Below, piece after piece: positions 60,476 to 64,000 of a stretch of 64,000 nt of DNA. The DNA comes from Felis catus (taxonomy: Eukaryota). The stretch spans positions 66,094,001 to 66,158,000 of the forward strand of contig NC_058368.1 of NCBI RefSeq assembly GCF_018350175.1, in the 5' to 3' direction. The number at the start of each line of letters is the position of its first letter. Positions within the stretch are counted from its first letter, which is position 1. The notes under the pieces were generated by a model that worked only from the letters and a program-made list of their open reading frames with translations, was not told the origin of the DNA and did no database searches. A program made the translations under genes and the position numbers.

Positions 60476-62142
60476 TTAAGCAAACCGTAAGCATAACGTG
60501 GAAAAGTGCGCAGAGGTTGGGGCACAGGGGCCTCCACATACTAACGTTTCAGTCTGAGGCCTTGAGTGCGCTTGTTTTCGGAACCCACATGCATCAGGCA
60601 GTGAGCCAGCTTTTACCTGTAAGAAGTGTGACCCTGGCGTGGCTGCTTCCAAAGCCTGTGGGTCCCTCGCTGTCACATTGTCCAGCCCCCTAAGAATAAT
60701 TAAGAGCTTCCTAGAAAATGTCTTTCTATTGTAAGCGTTCAAACAAGTGTACTTGAAATAAAATCATATTAGCACCAGCTATATTGTTGGCATCCTACCA
60801 TGGAGAAAGAACTCTTGGTCTTTTCCATTTCTCCTTTCACCAGTGTTGATGATGCCATGGCTACAGATACCTAGACACTGCCTTCAAGGGTATGTGAGAG
60901 AAGATGCTAGCAATTAAAGAGAGGAACGGTCTTCAAAGGCAGTTGTTCTAACATACTGCTTTCCAGATTCAGCTAGCGTGTTAACATTGACTTTTTTGTC
61001 AACCTTCAAGGCACTGGCGTAATGAGTTGATCTTTGTGTAATAATTAGCATTATTATTGTAATGAAAATAAGGCATACAGTTGTTTGTGTTTGGTGGTTT
61101 CCTCCCACATGGAGTACCGAGGCCCGTGAGACTACCGTTGCTTCTGAGTATTTCAATTACCCTTGAGATGGCCACGGAGAAGCTACATGAATATCTTATT
61201 AATTCCATGGCAGTCATTGTGCCTTACTTCGTATCCAACATAGCTGCAAAGCATTCTGCCTAACAAGCCTGCTTTCTTCCCCCTGATGATTTGTAGTGCG
61301 CAGGAAAATGACTTGTAATGCACTCCACTTCACCTCCTCTGCTGTCAGCGCCGGGCACATAGTGTGGCTGAGTCATAGAAACCCAGGGCTTAATTATAAT
61401 TCCAAAGGTGGTGTATCCTGAATAATGATTCCATGTCATGAACAAATGGAAATCCCAGGCAATTGTTTGAGTAGGTGAGTAATATCAAGGGTGGATGTCA
61501 TAGCCCACTTTTATTATTCCTAGTGAAAATACCACCTGTAACTTGGCTTCTCTCATTTGTTTTAATTACCATTTACAATTTAGGGCTTCGTGGCAATTAC
61601 CTAAGTCATACACGTTTGTAAAGAATCACAGGAAAAGGAAGCAAAGGTGGCCAAGGCAAATTAAGTCACCCTATTTATTTTAGCCATGTAGGCATTCACT
61701 CAAAAAATTTTTACTGATCACTTACCGTGTGTTAGTCTCAGGATGAGGTCCTGCACACAGGAAGAGCACAAATTAGACAGTGAGCAAGGGAGGGACACGC
61801 AAACTTCGGTAGGCACCTTGGACTACATGACTCGCTCTCAGCTCTGCCAACACGATGTCCTTTTTAGATCAGCTCTCCATTTTATTACGATTATTCTTTG
61901 GGGCAAAGCAATAGCAAAAATGCAGCTAGGTTTTCATAGGTGAAGGGGATCCCTGAACAAAGATGTGAAAGATGTTGGAGTAGGAATGAGAGCAAACTTG
62001 GGAAATGAATTTGCAGAGGCATGTCCTGTCATTTGGAAAGTTGAAAACTTTTGTTCTATGACTCTTTTGAAATGAAGATTAAAATGTTTCAGATAATTGT
62101 CTGTCCTTTACATGTCCAAAATGATTTCTGAAACCCATACAA

Positions 62143-62358
62143 GGGGTGCCTGGATAGCTCAGTCGGTGAAAGCATTCGGCTCAATCTCAGCTCAGGTCAT
62201 GATGTCATACTTTGTGAGATCAAGACCCACGTCGGGCTCTGTGCTGACATGACAGTGAAGAGACTGTTTGGGATTCGCTCTCTCCCTCTCTCTCTGCTGT
62301 CCCGCCCCCCCCCCCCCCGCCTCTCTTTCAAAATAAATAAATAAACTTAAAAAAAATA
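62143..62358 (+). mobile_element. Can-SINE with an internal poly-C run
   Basis: ggggtgcctggatagctcagtcggt; TSD aaacccatacaa / aaatgcatacaa. Confidence 0.93.
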
Positions 62359-62963
62359 AAATGCATACAATAGGAGGACTTTAATGCAAAACTGTGTATA
62401 ATTAAGTCATTAAATTATTGTATATGGGGGAATAAGCAGGGGAAGAAGTAGGTGATCAGAAGAGTCTTAGATGCCAGCATAGCCTCAACCCCTCAACAGG
62501 TCTTACCCCTGCTGTTTTCGGGTCATTCCACTCTGACATTTGGTATTCCTCCTTCCCTTTTCCTATTCATCCTTCCTTATGTTTTTCTTGTTTCTCATCT
62601 CTGTGTCCCCATTCAGGAAGACTCACATTGTCCCTTTTAACTGAAGGATCCACTTTCTTTGGGAATTTACTCTTTCTTTAGCTGTAGTCCCCTTTCTTGA
62701 ACTAGGTCAAACCCCTGCCTTGATCTCCTTCTGATGCTGGGTAAGACCAATTCCCTGTCCCAAAGGCAGGGAAGTCATCATCAGATTCAGGTGCCCATAT
62801 GTTGTCCTAGCAGAAAGGGAAACCTATCATACGCCAAAGAAACACTTCCCACTGCTTCACTGCTTGGAGTGTCCATGGCTTCTCCATTAAAGGTACGGTA
62901 ATACACGTCCGTCAACATCACAGCTGAAATTCAAGTGTAGATGTTCAGACCCATAGTTTATGT

Positions 62964-62966
<3 letters not shown>

Positions 62967-62996
<30 letters not shown>
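62967..62996. repeat. (CA)15 microsatellite, with (TA)n nearby at ~63038-63056
   Basis: Read directly. Confidence 0.95.
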
Positions 62997-62998
<2 letters not shown>

Positions 62999-63097
62999 TA
63001 CATAAACCAAAATTATATGTGTGTATATATGCATGCATATATATATATATATATATTAAATTTTATATAAAATCAGAGTCCTTGTTAAAATCATCAT

Positions 63098-63800
63098 ACA
63101 TTCACTCGTTTATTTAATAATATCATTGAGCACCAACTACGTGCCAGGCCCTGTTCCAAGTCCTGGGAATACAGTGAACTAAACAAAGCCTGTGCTCTAT
63201 TTGAGTTTACATTGTGGTGAGGGGAAAGGCAACAACAGAGTAAAAAGTATCAGATTTAGTGTATCAGTCGATGATAAGTGCCATGAAGAAAAATAAGGAA
63301 GGAAGGCATACCAAAGGATGCGGGAAGGGAAGTTTGCTCTTTTAAAGGACATGCTAAGGAAAGCTTCACTGACATACTGACATTTCAGCAGACACATGAA
63401 AAATGTGACTGAGAAGACCGGGGTCTGTCTCGGAGAACATTCATTATAGGCAAAGGGAACGGCAAGTGCAAAGGCCCTGTGGCAGAACTGTGCGTGGCTT
63501 CTTCCAGACACAGAAAGGAGTAGTTTCTCTGAATTCTACAACTCGCTAGATGGCTGGCTGGCTGGCAGTAGTGTGGAGGAGCACCTATGCAGAAAACGGT
63601 GTAACTAGTGCCCCCTAGAGTTGTGCCATGAGTCAGCCCTTACAAGGCCACCAATGTGGCTAGAGTACAAGGAGGGAAAGTGGTAGGACATGAGGTTTGA
63701 CAGGTGGCAAGGAGCTAGATCACAGAGGGCTTTATAGACCTGTGTAAAGATTTGTGTTTACTCAGTGGTGTGCTGGTGAATGTTGAATATCTAGAGGGGA
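63098..63800 (-). mobile_element. L2a-like LINE 3' region with an internal non-L2 insert (~63520-63640)
   Basis: cattgagcaccaactacgtgccaggccctgttccaag, gcaagtgcaaaggccctgtggcag, gctagatcacagagggctttatagacc. Confidence 0.85.
63604..63622 (-). promoter_or_regulatory. CTCF-like motif in a MER91-like fragment
   Basis: tagtgccccctagagttgtgc resembles the MER91 arm ggtgccccctggagttgtgc and the reverse CTCF core. Confidence 0.4.
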
Positions 63801-64000
63801 TTTGGCTTTGATTGTACCATTTGCCAACTGCTGTGATGGAAATACCCTCACCCGGGCTGAGTTCAAGCATGACTGAATTGCTGAATGTAAAGTTGGGGAG
63901 ACATGTGCAGTGGTACAGTGTTCTGTTGCATTTCTCACATGCAAATATAATAGATGTAAATCATTGCAAGGGTATACATAATAGCAAAATATAATAAGAT

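Noticed and set aside
1..64000. Protein-coding genes from the ORF track
   Set aside because: All ORFs are 138 aa or shorter, many start at non-ATG codons, and none resembles a protein I recognise apart from L1 ORF2 debris; many are SINE or microsatellite read-throughs
1..64000. CRISPR array or prokaryote-type system
   Set aside because: Mammalian DNA; no regularly spaced repeat-spacer structure, operons or dense coding sequence
1..64000. Numt, processed pseudogene or non-retroviral endogenous viral element
   Set aside because: No recognisable mitochondrial, housekeeping or viral peptide in any listed frame; a blastx search would be needed to exclude highly decayed copies

Overview
Non-coding mammalian genomic DNA, almost certainly from a cat (Felidae), judged by about 20 tRNA-derived Can-SINEs, including three young SINEC_Fc-type copies. 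No protein-coding gene, RNA gene or CRISPR array can be supported. The supplied ORFs are SINE, L1 or microsatellite read-throughs or chance ORFs. The window reads as a large intron or gene desert. It holds a 5'-truncated carnivore L1 (16.9-18.4 kb), older L1 3' ends, many L2/MIR relics, CR1/L3 fossils, DNA-transposon MITEs (MER5A, MER20, MER33, MER53, MER82, Tigger2a-like), an MLT1 LTR, microsatellites and several repeat-free, motif-rich blocks that may be conserved enhancers. I did not find a convincing novel biological system. The most notable structures are a five-layer transposon nest (41.3-43.3 kb), a deletion plus templated duplication creating tandem AP-1 sites in MER82, a MER53 hairpin lacking the miR-1302 seed, a rearranged SINE-in-SINE and a legible CR1 reverse-transcriptase fossil. 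Repeat family names come from remembered consensus sequences, not a database search. Boundaries of old L2/MIR elements are approximate.
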